Of a stretch of 64,000 nucleotides of DNA, positions 18,001 to 31,500 are shown in pieces. Made by a program: the position numbers and the translations under genes. Below the pieces are notes generated by a model, which worked only from the letters and a program-made list of their open reading frames with translations, searched no databases and was not told where the DNA came from. Origin of the DNA: Eledone cirrhosa (lineage: Eukaryota); contig OZ024740.1 in the NCBI GenBank assembly GCA_964016885.1, positions 35,836,001 to 35,900,000 of the forward strand. Reading direction: 5' to 3'. Each line of letters begins with the position of its first letter. Position 1 is the stretch's first letter.

Positions 18001-18993
18001 GTCACAACTAATATATCTATATTGTAAACTTTACCTGTTCTATACACATCACATCACTGTCATAACTGATATATCTCTACTTTACACTTTATCGGTTATA
18101 TACACCTCACAATTAATATATGTATATTGTAAACTTTATATGTTATATACACCTCACAACACTATCACAACTAATATATCTATACTGTACACATTATCTG
18201 TTATATACACTTCACAACACTGTCACAACTAATATATCTGTATTGTACACTTTACCTTTTATATACACTTCACGACATTGTCACAACTAATATATCGATA
18301 CTGCACGATTTACCTGTTATATACACCTCACAACAGTCACAATTAATATATCTATATTGTACATTTTATCTGTTATATACACTTCATAACACTGTCACAA
18401 CTAATATCTATATCGTACATTTTATCTGTTATATACACCTTACAGCACTGTCACAACTAATATATCTCTTCTGTACACTTCATCTGTTTTATACACTTCA
18501 CAACACTGTCACAACTAATAAATCGGTACTGTACAATTTATCTGTTATTTACCCATCACAACACTGTCACAACTAATATATCTCTACTGTACACCTTATC
18601 TGTTATATACACTTCACAACACTGTCACAACTAATATATCTGTATTTTACACTTTATCTGTTATATACACCTCACAACAGTGTCACAACTAATATATTTA
18701 TATTGAACACTGTATCTGTTATATATATCTCACAACACTGTCACAACTAATATATCTGTATTGAACACTGTATCTGTTATATATATCTCACAACACTGTC
18801 ACAACTAATATATCTGTATTGTACACTGTACCTGTTATATACACCTCACAACACTGTCACAACTAATATATCTATATTGTACACTTTATCTGTTATATAC
18901 ATCTCACAACACTTTCACAACTAATATATTTATATTCTACACTTTACCTGTCATATACACATCACAACAGTCACAACCAAAAGATCTGTATTG
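1..18993. repeat. 58-bp tandem satellite array (>=19 kb, runs off the window start), intronic
   Basis: Consensus CTGTCACAACTAATATATCTATATTGTACACTTTATCTGTTATATACACTTCACAACA repeated continuously with point variants. A recurrent variant lacks 11 nt (CACTGTCACAA). The array degenerates at ~18990. Confidence 0.97.
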
Positions 18994-19004
18994 AATTATT
19001 AATC

Positions 19005-19082
19005 CAGGGGTTAATTAAATAAAGTACCAGTAATACACTGGGGTAATTGCTGACCTTGTGCCAAAAGAAGAAACAATTATTA
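19005..19082 (+). mobile_element. 3' fragment of a SINE (Octopus OR-like family)
   Basis: TAAAGTACCAGTAATACACTGGGGTAATTGCTGACCTTGTGCCAAAAGAAGAAACAATTATT is nearly the same as the 3' half of the copy at 50745-50892. Family assignment is from recalled resemblance to octopus SINE tails. Confidence 0.55.
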
Positions 19083-19173
19083 ATCCAGTCATATTCTACA
19101 AAGCATCTTTATATCAACATTTACTTTAAACACACACACATATATATAATCTTACTTCAAACAAATTCTTCAG

Positions 19174-19335
19174 GTTCAGAGTGGACGCACTACAATAGTC
19201 GTTGCTCACAGATTATCAACAATTCGATCGGCAGACAAGATCTTAGCTTTTAAGAGCGGAGAAATTGTTGAAAGAGGATCACATGATGAATTAATGAAAC
19301 TAGATGGATATTATGCTTCGCTTGTTAGGGCTCAG
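19174..19335 (+). CDS. ABCB1: Internal exon of an ABCB1/MDR1 (P-glycoprotein)-like ABC transporter: C-terminal part of NBD1 with H-loop
   Basis: Flanked by ttcttcAG and GTAAG. 162 nt, phase 0/0, translating [54 protein letters not shown]. This matches the ABCB GRTTIVIAHRLST...G.H.ELM..G.Y..LV..Q signature. A splice donor and acidic linker follow rather than a stop, so this is NBD1. Exact paralogue (ABCB1/4/5/11-like) is not resolvable. Confidence 0.93.
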
Positions 19336-19554
19336 GTAAGATTAGAAACTATTCAATTCTTTCTCATTTAATCAATAATGTTTTTGTCTCTAGCTCTATG
19401 AAGGCTTTCAACAGAATTTTCATTATCGTTTTTCTTTCGGAAAACGGGTTTCTCATATATCAGTTTTTACGAGAAAATTGAGAATAATTCAAAAACATTA
19501 CGTTGGTAAAGGCACCCATTATTATATTCAACTGTGTTTGATACCTTCGACGGA

Positions 19555-22500
19555 AATAAAGTCTATTAGATGGTTTCTTGTACCAACCACTGATACAGGA
19601 ACTAAAACTTTTGGATGGTTTCTTGTACCAACCACTGACACAGGAAGTAAATCTTTTGGATGGTTTCTTGTACCTACCACTGTCACAGGAAGTAAATCTT
19701 TTGGATGGTTTCTTGTACCAACAACTGACACAGGAAGTAAATCTTTTGGATGGTTTCTTGTACCTACCACTGTCACAGGAAGTAAATCTATTGCATGGTT
19801 ATTGTACCTACCACTGACACAGGTAGTAACAAATTTGGATGGTTTCCTGTACCAACCACTGACACAAGAAGTAAATCTATTGGATGGTTTCTTGTACCAA
19901 CCACTGACACAGGAAGTAAAAACTATTGGATGGTTTCTTGTAACTTGCAATGACACTGAAAGTAAAATCTAATGGATGGTTTCTTGTAACTTGCAATGAC
20001 ACTGGAAGTAAAATCTATTGCATGGTTTCTTGTAACTACCACTGACACAGGAACTAAAAACATTTGGATGGTTGCTTGTAACTTGCAATGACACTGAAAG
20101 TAAAATCTAATGGATGGTTTCTTGTAACTTGCAATGACACTGGAAGTAAAATCTATTGGATGGTTTCTTGTAACTACCACTGACACAGGAACTAAAAACA
20201 TTTGGATGGTTGCTTGTACCAACCACTGACACAGGAAGTAAATCTTTTGGATGGTTTCTTGTACCAACCACTGACACAGGGAGTACATTTTTGGATGGTT
20301 CCTTGTAGCTACCACTGACGCAGGAAGTAAATCTATTGGATGGTTTCTTGTACCTACCACTGATACCGGAAGTAAAGCCTATTGGATGGTTTCTTGTACC
20401 AACCACTGACACTGGAAGTAAAACATTTTGGATGGATGCTTGTACCAACCACTGACAGAGGAAGTAAATCTATTGGATGGTTTCTTGTACCTACCACTGA
20501 CACAGGAAGTAAATTTATTGGATGGTTTCTTGTACCTACCACTGATACCGGAAGTAAAGCCTATTGGATGGTTTCTTGTACAAACCACTGACACAGGAAG
20601 TAAAGCTTTTGGATGGATCTTGTACCAACCACTGACAGAGGAAGTAAATCTATTGGATGGTTTCTTGTACCTACCACTGACACAGGAAGTAAATTTATTG
20701 GATGGTTTCTTGTAACTTGCAATGACACAGGAAGTAAAACTATTGGATGGTTTCTTGTACATACCACTGACACAGGAAGTAAATCTATTGGATGATTTCT
20801 TGTACGAACCACTGTCACAGGAAGTAAACACTTTTGGATGGTTGCTTGTACCAACCACTGACAGAGGAAGTAAATCTATTGGATGGTTTCTTGTACCTAC
20901 CACTGACACAGGAAGTAAATTTATTGGATGGTTTCTTGTAACTTGCAATGACACAGGAAGTAAAACTATTGGATGGTTTCTTGTACATATCATTGTCACA
21001 GGAAGTAAATCTCTTTGATGGTTTCTTGTACCAACCACTGACACAGAAAATAAATCTATTGAAGGTATTATTGTAACTACCACTGACACAGGAGGTAAAT
21101 CTGTTGGATGGTTAATTATACCAACCACTGTCACAGAAAGTAAAGACTTTTGGATGGTTTCTTGTACCAACCACAGACACAAGAAGTAAATCTATTGGAT
21201 GATTTCTTATACCTACCACTGACACAGGAGGTAAATCTATTGGATGGTTTTTTGTAACTTGCAATGACACAGGAAGTAAAATTATTGGATGGTTTCTTGT
21301 ACCTACCACTGCCACAGGAAGTAAATATATTGGATTGTTTCTTGTACCTACCAATGAGACAGAAAGTAAATCTATTGGATGGTTTCTTGTAACTTTCAAT
21401 GACACAGGAAGTAACATTTTGTATGGTTTATTGTACCAACCACTGACACAGGAAGTAAATTTATTGGATGCCTTCTTGTACCAACCACTGACACAGGAAG
21501 TAAATCTATTTGATGGTTTCTTGTACCAGCCACTGACACAGGAAATAAAAACTATTGGATGGTTTCTTGTAAATATTATTGTTACAGGAAGTAAAATCTA
21601 TTGGATGGTTTCTTGTAACTACGACTGACACAGGAAGTAAAAACTATTGGATGGTTTCTTGGAACTTGCTATGACACAGGAAGTAAAAACTATTGGATGG
21701 TTTCTTGTAAATACCACTGACACAGGAAGTAAAAACATTTGGATGGTTTTTTGTAGCTACCACTGACAGAGGAAGTAAATCTATTGGATGGTTTCTGTAC
21801 CTACCACTGACACAAGAAGTAAAACCTATTGGATGGTTTCTTGTACATATCATTGTCACAGGAAGTAAATCTCTTTGATGGTTTCTTGTACCAACCACTG
21901 ACACAGAAAATAAATCTATTGAAGGTATTATTGTAACTACCACTGACACAGGAATTTAATCTATTGGATGGTTCCTTATACGTACCACTGACACAGGAAG
22001 TAAAATCTATTGGATGGTGTCATGTACCAACCACTGACACAGGAAGTAAAATCTATTGGATGGTTCCTTATACGTACCACTGACACAGGAAGTAAAATCT
22101 ATTGGATGGTTTCTCGTACCTTCTACTGTCACAGGAAGTAAATCTATTGGATGGTTTCTTGTACCTACCACTGATACAGGAACTAAGAACTATTGTATGG
22201 TTTCTTGTCACCTGCAATGTCACAGAAGTAAAAACTATTGGATGTTTTCTTGTAACCTGCAATGTCACAGGAATTAAAAACTATTGGATTGTTTCTTGTA
22301 ACATGCAATGACACAGGAAGTAAAAACTATTGGATGTTTTCTTGTAACCTGCAATGTCACAGGAAGAAAAAACTATTGGATGGTTCCTTGTAACTACCAC
22401 TGACACAGGAAGTAAAATCTATTGGATGGTTTCTTGTAACTTGCATTGACACAGGAAGTAAAAACTATTGGATGGTTTCTTGTACCAACCACTGATAAAG

Positions 22501-25500
22501 GAAGTAAATCTATTGGATGGTTTCTTGTACTTACCACTGACACAGGAAATAAATCGATTGATGGTTTATTGTACCAACCACTGACACAGGAAGAAAATCT
22601 ATTGGATGGTTTCTTGTACCTATCAGTGACACAGGAAGTAAATCTATTGAATGGTTTCTTGTACCTACCACTGACACAGTAAGTAAATCTATCGGATGAT
22701 TTCTTGTACCTACCACTGACACAGGAAGTAAATCGATTGATGGTTTATTGTACCGACCACTGTCATAGGAAGGAAATCTATTGGATGGTTTCTTGTACCT
22801 ACCACTGTCACAGGAAGTAAATGTATTGGCTGGTTTCTTGTACGTTCTACTGTCACAGGAAATAAATCTATTGGATGGTATCTGTAACTACAACTGACAC
22901 AGGAAGTAAATCTATTGGATGGTTTCTTGTACCAACCACTGACACAGTAAGTAAATCTATTGGATGGTATCTGGTACCAACCACTGACACAGAAAGTAAA
23001 TCTATTGGATGGTTTCTTGTACCTACCTCTGTTACAGGATATAAATCTATTGATAGTTTCTTATACCTACCACTGACTCAGGTAGTAAATCTATTGGATG
23101 GCTTCTTGTACCTACCACTGACACAGGATATAAATCTATTGGATGGTTTCTTGTACCAACCACTGACACAGGAAGTAAATCGATTGGATGATTTCTTGTA
23201 CCTACCACTGACACATGATATAAATCTATTGGATGGTTTCCTGTACCAACCACTGACACAGGAGGTAAATCTATTTGATGGTTTCTTGTACCTAACACTG
23301 ACACAGGAAGTAAAATCTATTGGATGGTTTCTTGTACCTACCATTGACACAGGAACTAAAAACATTTGGATGGTTGCTTGTAACTTGCAATGACACTGAA
23401 AGTAAAATCTAATGGATGGTTTCTTGTAACTTGCAATGACACTGGAAGTAAAATCTATTGCATGGTTTCTTGTAACTACCACTGACACAGGAACTAAAAA
23501 CATTTGGATGGTTGCTTGTAACTTGCAATGACACTGAAAGTAAAATCTAATGGATGGTTTCTTGTAACTTGCAATGACACTGGAAGTAAAATCTATTGGA
23601 TGGTTTCTTGTAACTACCACTGTCACAGGAACTAAAAACATTTGGATGGTTGCTTGTACCAACCACTGACACAGGAAGTAAATCTTTTGGATGGTTTCTT
23701 GTACCAACCACTGACACAGGGAGTACATTTTTGGATGGTTCCTTGTAGCTACCACTGACGCAGGAAGTAAATCTATTGGATGGTTTCTTGTACCTACCAC
23801 TGATACCGGAAGTAAAGCCTATTGGATGGTTTCTTGTACCAACCACTGACACTGGAAGTAAAACATTTTGGATGGATGCTTGTACCAACCACTGACAGAG
23901 GAAGTAAATCTATTGGATGGTTTCTTGTACCTACCACTGACACAGGAAGTAAATTTATTGGATGGTTTCTTGTACCTACCACTGATACCGGAAGTAAAGC
24001 CTATTGGATGGTTTCTTGTACAAACCACTGACACAGGAAGTAAAGCTTTTGGATGGATCTTGTACCAACCACTGACAGAGGAAGTAAATCTATTGGATGG
24101 TTTCTTGTACCTACCACTGACACAGGAAGTAAATTTATTGGATGGTTTCTTGTAACTTGCAATGACACAGGAAGTAAAACTATTGGATGGTTTCTTGTAC
24201 ATACCACTGACACAGGAAGTAAATCTATTGGATGATTTCTTGTACGAACCACTGTCACAGGAAGTAAACACTTTTGGATGGTTGCTTGTACCAACCACTG
24301 ACAGAGGAAGTAAATCTATTGGATGGTTTCTTGTACCTACCACTGACACAGGAAGTAAATTTATTGGATGGTTTCTTGTAACTTGCAATGACACAGGAAG
24401 TAAAACTATTGGATGGTTTCTTGTACATATCATTGTCACAGGAAGTAAATCTCTTTGATGGTTTCTTGTACCAACCACTGACACAGAAAATAAATCTATT
24501 GAAGGTATTATTGTAACTACCACTGACACAGGAGGTAAATCTGTTGGATGGTTAATTATACCAACCACTGTCACAGAAAGTAAAGACTTTTGGATGGTTT
24601 CTTGTACCAACCACAGACACAAGAAGTAAATCTATTGGATGATTTCTTATACCTACCACTGACACAGGAGGTAAATCTATTGGATGGTTTTTTGTAACTT
24701 GCAATGACACAGGAAGTAAAATTATTGGATGGTTTCTTGTACCTACCACTGCCACAGGAAGTAAATATATTGGATTGTTTCTTGTACCTACCAATGAGAC
24801 AGAAAGTAAATCTATTGGATGGTTTCTTGTAACTTTCAATGACACAGGAAGTAACATTTTGTATGGTTTATTGTACCAACCACTGACACAGGAAGTAAAT
24901 TTATTGGATGCCTTCTTGTACCAACCACTGACACAGGAAGTAAATCTATTTGATGGTTTCTTGTACCAGCCACTGACACAGGAAATAAAAACTATTGGAT
25001 GGTTTCTTGTAAATATTATTGTTACAGGAAGTAAAATCTATTGGATGGTTTCTTGTAACTACGACTGACACAGGAAGTAAAAACTATTGGATGGTTTCTT
25101 GGAACTTGCTATGACACAGGAAGTAAAAACTATTGGATGGTTTCTTGTAAATACCACTGACACAGGAAGTAAAAACATTTGGATGGTTTTTTGTAGCTAC
25201 CACTGACAGAGGAAGTAAATCTATTGGATGGTTTCTGTACCTACCACTGACACAAGAAGTAAAACCTATTGGATGGTTTCTTGTACATATCATTGTCACA
25301 GGAAGTAAATCTCTTTGATGGTTTCTTGTACCAACCACTGACACAGAAAATAAATCTATTGAAGGTTTTATTGTAACTACCACTGACACAGGAATTTAAT
25401 CTATTGGATGGTTCCTTATACGTACCACTGACACAGGAAGTAAAATCTATTGGATGGTGTCATGTACCAACCACTGACACAGGAAGTAAAATCTATTGGA

Positions 25501-28500
25501 TGGTTCCTTATACGTACCACTGACACAGGAAGTAAAATCTATTGGATGGTTTCTCGTACCTTCTACTGTCACAGGAAGTAAATCTATTGGATGGTTTCTT
25601 GTACCTACCACTGATACAGGAACTAAGAACTATTGTATGGTTTCTTGTCACCTGCAATGTCACAGAAGTAAAAACTATTGGATGTTTTCTTGTAACCTGC
25701 AATGACACAGGAAGTAAAAACTATTGGATGTTTTCTTGTAACCTGCAATGTCACAGGAAGAAAAAACTATTGGATGGTTCCTTGTAACTACCACTGACAC
25801 AGGAAGTAAAATCTATTGGATGGTTTCTTGTAACTTGCATTGACACAGGAAGTAAAAACTATTGGATGGTTTCTTGTACCAACCACTGATAAAGGAAGTA
25901 AATCTATTGGATGGTTTCTTGTACTTACCACTGACACAGGAAATAAATCGATTGATGGTTTATTGTACCAACCACTGACACAGGAAGAAAATCTTTTGGA
26001 TGGTTTCTTGTACCTATCAGTGACACAGGAAGTAAATCTATTGAATGGTTTCTTGTACCTACCACTGACACAGTAAGTAAATCTATCGGATGATTTCTTG
26101 TACCTACCACTGACACAGGAAGTAAATCGATTGATGGTTTATTGTACCGACCACTGTCACAGGAAGGAAATCTATTGGATGGTTTCTTGTACCTACCACT
26201 GTCACAGGAAGTAAATGTATTGGCTGGTTTCTTGTACGTTCTACTGTCACAGGAAATAAATCTATTGGATGGTATCTGTAACTACAACTGACACAGGAAG
26301 TAAATCTATTGGATGGTTTCTTGTACCAACCACTGACACAGTAAGTAAATCTATTGGATGGTATCTGGTACCAACCACTGACACAGAAAGTAAATCTATT
26401 GGATGGTTTCTTGTACCTACCTCTGTTACAGGATATAAATCTATTGATAGTTTCTTATACCTACCACTGACTCAGGTAGTAAATCTATTGGATGGCTTCT
26501 TGTACCTACCACTGACACAGGATATAAATCTATTGGATGGTTTCTTGTACCAACCTCTGACACAGGAAGTAAATCGATTGGATGATTTCTTGTACCTACC
26601 ACTGACACATGATATAAATCTATTGGATGGTTTCCTGTACCAACCACTGACACAGGAGGTAAATCTATTTGATGGTTTCTTGTACCTAACACTGACACAG
26701 GAAGTAAAATCTATTGGATGGTTTCTTGTACCTACCATTGACACAGGAACTAAAAACATTTGGATGGTTGCTTGTAACTTGCAATGACACTGAAAGTAAA
26801 ATCTAATGGATGGTTTCTTGTAACTTGCAATGACACTGGAAGTAAAATCTATTGCATGGTTTCTTGTAACTACCACTGACACAGGAACTAAAAACATTTG
26901 GATGGTTGCTTGTAACTTGCAATGACACTGAAAGTAAAATCTAATGGATGGTTTCTTGTAACTTGCAATGACACTGGAAGTAAAATCTATTGGATGGTTT
27001 CTTGTAACTACCACTGTCACAGGAACTAAAAACATTTGGATGGTTGCTTGTACCAACCACTGACACAGGAAGTAAATCTTTTGGATGGTTTCTTGTACCA
27101 ACCACTGACACAGGGAGTACATTTTTGGATGGTTCCTTGTAGCTACCACTGACGCAGGAAGTAAATCTATTGGATGGTTTCTTGTACCTACCACTGATAC
27201 CGGAAGTAAAGCCTATTGGATGGTTTCTTGTACCAACCACTGACACTGGAAGTAAAACATTTTGGATGGATGCTTGTACCAACCACTGACAGAGGAAGTA
27301 AATCTATTGGATGGTTTCTTGTACCTACCACTGACACAGGAAGTAAATTTATTGGATGGTTTCTTGTACCTACCACTGATACCGGAAGTAAAGCCTATTG
27401 GATGGTTTCTTGTACAAACCACTGACACAGGAAGTAAAGCTTTTGGATGGATCTTGTACCAACCACTGACAGAGGAAGTAAATCTATTGGATGGTTTCTT
27501 GTACCTACCACTGACACAGGAAGTAAATTTATTGGATGGTTTCTTGTAACTTGCAATGACACAGGAAGTAAAACTATTGGATTGTTTCTTGTACATACCA
27601 CTGACACAGGAAGTAAATCTATTGGATGATTTCTTGTACGAACCACTGTCACAGGAAGTAAACACTTTTGGATGGTTGCTTGTACCAACCACTGACAGAG
27701 GAAGTAAATCTATTGGATGGTTTCTTGTACCTACCACTGACACAGGAAGTAAATTTATTGGATGGTTTCTTGTAACTTGCAATGACACAGGAAGTAAAAC
27801 TATTGGATGGTTTCTTGTACATATCATTGTCACAGGAAGTAAATCTCTTTGATGGTTTCTTGTACCAACCACTGACACAGAAAATAAATCTATTGAAGGT
27901 ATTATTGTAACTACCACTGACACAGGAGGTAAATCTGTTGGATGGTTAATTATACCAACCACTGTCACAGAAAGTAAAGACTTTTGGATGGTTTCTTGTA
28001 CCAACCACAGACACAAGAAGTAAATCTATTGGATGATTTCTTATACCTACCACTGACACAGGAGGTAAATCTATTGGATGGTTTTTTGTAACTTGCAATG
28101 ACACAGGAAGTAAAATTATTGGATGGTTTCTTGTACCTACCACTGCCACAGGAAGTAAATATATTGGATTGTTTCTTGTACCTACCAATGAGACAGAAAG
28201 TAAATCTATTGGATGGTTTCTTGTAACTTTCAATGACACAGGAAGTAACATTTTGTATGGTTTATTGTACCAACCACTGACACAGGAAGTAAATTTATTG
28301 GATGCCTTCTTGTACCAACCACTGACACAGGAAGTAAATCTATTTGATGGTTTCTTGTACCAGCCACTGACACAGGAAATAAAAACTATTGGATGGTTTC
28401 TTGTAAATATTATTGTTACAGGAAGTAAAATCTATTGGATGGTTTCTTGTAACTACGACTGACACAGGAAGTAAAAACTATTGGATGGTTTCTTGGAACT

Positions 28501-31500
28501 TGCTATGACACAGGAAGTAAAAACTATTGGATGGTTTCTTGTAAATACCACTGACACAGGAAGTAAAAACATTTGGATGGTTTTTTGTAGCTACCACTGA
28601 CAGAGGAAGTAAATCTATTGGATGGTTTCTGTACCTACCACTGACACAAGAAGTAAAACCTATTGGATGGTTTCTTGTACATATCATTGTCACAGGAAGT
28701 AAATCTCTTTGATGGTTTCTTGTACCAACCACTGACACAGAAAATAAATCTATTGAAGGTTTTATTGTAACTACCACTGACACAGGAATTTAATCTATTG
28801 GATGGTTCCTTATACGTACCACTGACACAGGAAGTAAAATCTATTGGATGGTGTCATGTACCAACCACTGACACAGGAAGTAAAATCTATTGGATGGTTC
28901 CTTATACGTACCACTGACACAGGAAGTAAAATCTATTGGATGGTTTCTCGTACCTTCTACTGTCACAGGAAGTAAATCTATTGGATGGTTTCTTGTACCT
29001 ACCACTGATACAGGAACTAAGAACTATTGTATGGTTTCTTGTCACCTGCAATGTCACAGAAGTAAAAACTATTGGATGTTTTCTTGTAACCTGCAATGTC
29101 ACAGGAATTAAAAACTATTGGATTGTTTCTTGTAACATGCAATGACACAGGAAGTAAAAACTATTGGATGTTTTCTTGTAACCTGCAATGTCACAGGAAG
29201 AAAAAACTATTGGATGGTTCCTTGTAACTACCACTGACACAGGAAGTAAAATCTATTGGATGGTTTCTTGTAACTTGCATTGACACAGGAAGTAAAAACT
29301 ATTGGATGGTTTCTTGTACCAACCACTGATAAAGGAAGTAAATCTATTGGATGGTTTCTTGTACTTACCACTGACACAGGAAATAAATCGATTGATGGTT
29401 TATTGTACCAACCACTGACACAGGAAGAAAATCTATTGGATGGTTTCTTGTACCTATCAGTGACACAGGAAGTAAATCTATTGAATGGTTTCTTGTACCT
29501 ACCACTGACACAGTAAGTAAATCTATCGGATGATTTCTTGTACCTACCACTGACACAGGAAGTAAATCGATTGATGGTTTATTGTACCGACCACTGTCAC
29601 AGGAAGGAAATCTATTGGATGGTTTCTTGTACCTACCACTGTCACAGGAAGTAAATGTATTGGCTGGTTTCTTGTACGTTCTACTGTCACAGGAAATAAA
29701 TCTATTGGATGGTATCTGTAACTACAACTGACACAGGAAGTAAATCTATTGGATGGTTTCTTGTACCAACCACTGACACAGTAAGTAAATCTATTGGATG
29801 GTATCTGGTACCAACCACTGACACAGAAAGTAAATCTATTGGATGGTTTCTTGTACCTACCTCTGTTACAGGATATAAATCTATTGATAGTTTCTTATAC
29901 CTACCACTGACTCAGGTAGTAAATCTATTGGATGGCTTCTTGTACCTACCACTGACACAGGATATAAATCTATTGGATGGTTTCTTGTACCAACCACTGA
30001 CACAGGAAGTAAATCGATTGGATGATTTCTTGTACCTACCACTGACACATGATATAAATCTATTGGATGGTTTCCTGTACCAACCACTGACACAGGAGGT
30101 AAATCTATTTGATGGTTTCTTGTACCTAACACTGACACAGGAAGTAAAATCTATTGGATGGTTTCTTGTACCTACCATTGACACAGGAAGTAAATCTATT
30201 GGATGGATTCTTGTACCAACCACTGACACAGGGAGAAAATCTTTTGGATGATTTCTTGTACCTACCACTGTCAAGGAAAGTAAAGCTATTGGAGGGTATC
30301 TTGTACCTACCACTGACACAGCAATTAAATCTATTGGATTATTTCTTGTAGCTAACACTGACACAGGAAGTAAATCTATTGGATGGTTTCTTGTACTTAC
30401 CACTGACACAGTAAGTAAATCTATTGGATGGTATCTTGTACCTACCACTGACACAGCAATTAAATCTATTGGATTATTTCTTGTAGCTAACACTGACACA
30501 GGAAGTAAATCTATTGAATGGTTTCTTGTACCAACCACTGACACAGGAAGTAAATCTATTGGATGATTTCTTGTACCAACCATTGACACAGGAAGTAAAA
30601 TATATTGGATGATTTCTTTTACCAACCACTGACACAGGAATTAAAATCTATTTGATTAGTTTCTTGTACCTACCATTGTCACAGGAATTAATTCTATTGG
30701 ATGGTTTCTTGTACAAACCACTGACACAGGAAGTAAATCTCTTGGATGGATTTTGTAACAACCACTTACACAGGAATTAAAGCTATTGGATGGCTTCTTG
30801 TACGTACCACTGACACAGGAAGTAAAATCTATTGGATGGTGTCTTGTACCAACCACTGACACAGGAAGTAAAATCTATTGGATGGATTCTCGTACCTACG
30901 ATCGACACAGGAAGTAAAATGTATTGGATGGTTTCTTGTACCTACCACTGTCAGAGCAAGTAAATCTATTGAATGGTTTCTTGTACCTACCTCTAACACA
31001 GGGAGTAAATCTATTGGATGATTTCTTGTACGAACCACTGTCACAGGATTTAAACACTTTTGGATGGTTTCTTGTACCTACCATTGACACAGGAACTAAA
31101 AACATTTGGATGGTTGCTTGTAACTTGCAATGACACTGAAAGTAAAATCTAATGGATGGTTTCTTGTAACTTGCAATGACACTGGAAGTAAAATCTATTG
31201 CATGGTTTCTTGTAACTACCACTGACACAGGAACTAAAAACATTTGGATGGTTGCTTGTAACTTGCAATGACACTGAAAGTAAAATCTAATGGATGGTTT
31301 CTTGTAACTTGCAATGACACTGGAAGTAAAATCTATTGGATGGTTTCTTGTAACTACCACTGTCACAGGAACTAAAAACATTTGGATGGTTGCTTGTACC
31401 AACCACTGACACAGGAAGTAAATCTTTTGGATGGTTTCTTGTACCAACCACTGACACAGGGAGTACATTTTTGGATGGTTCCTTGTAGCTACCACTGACG

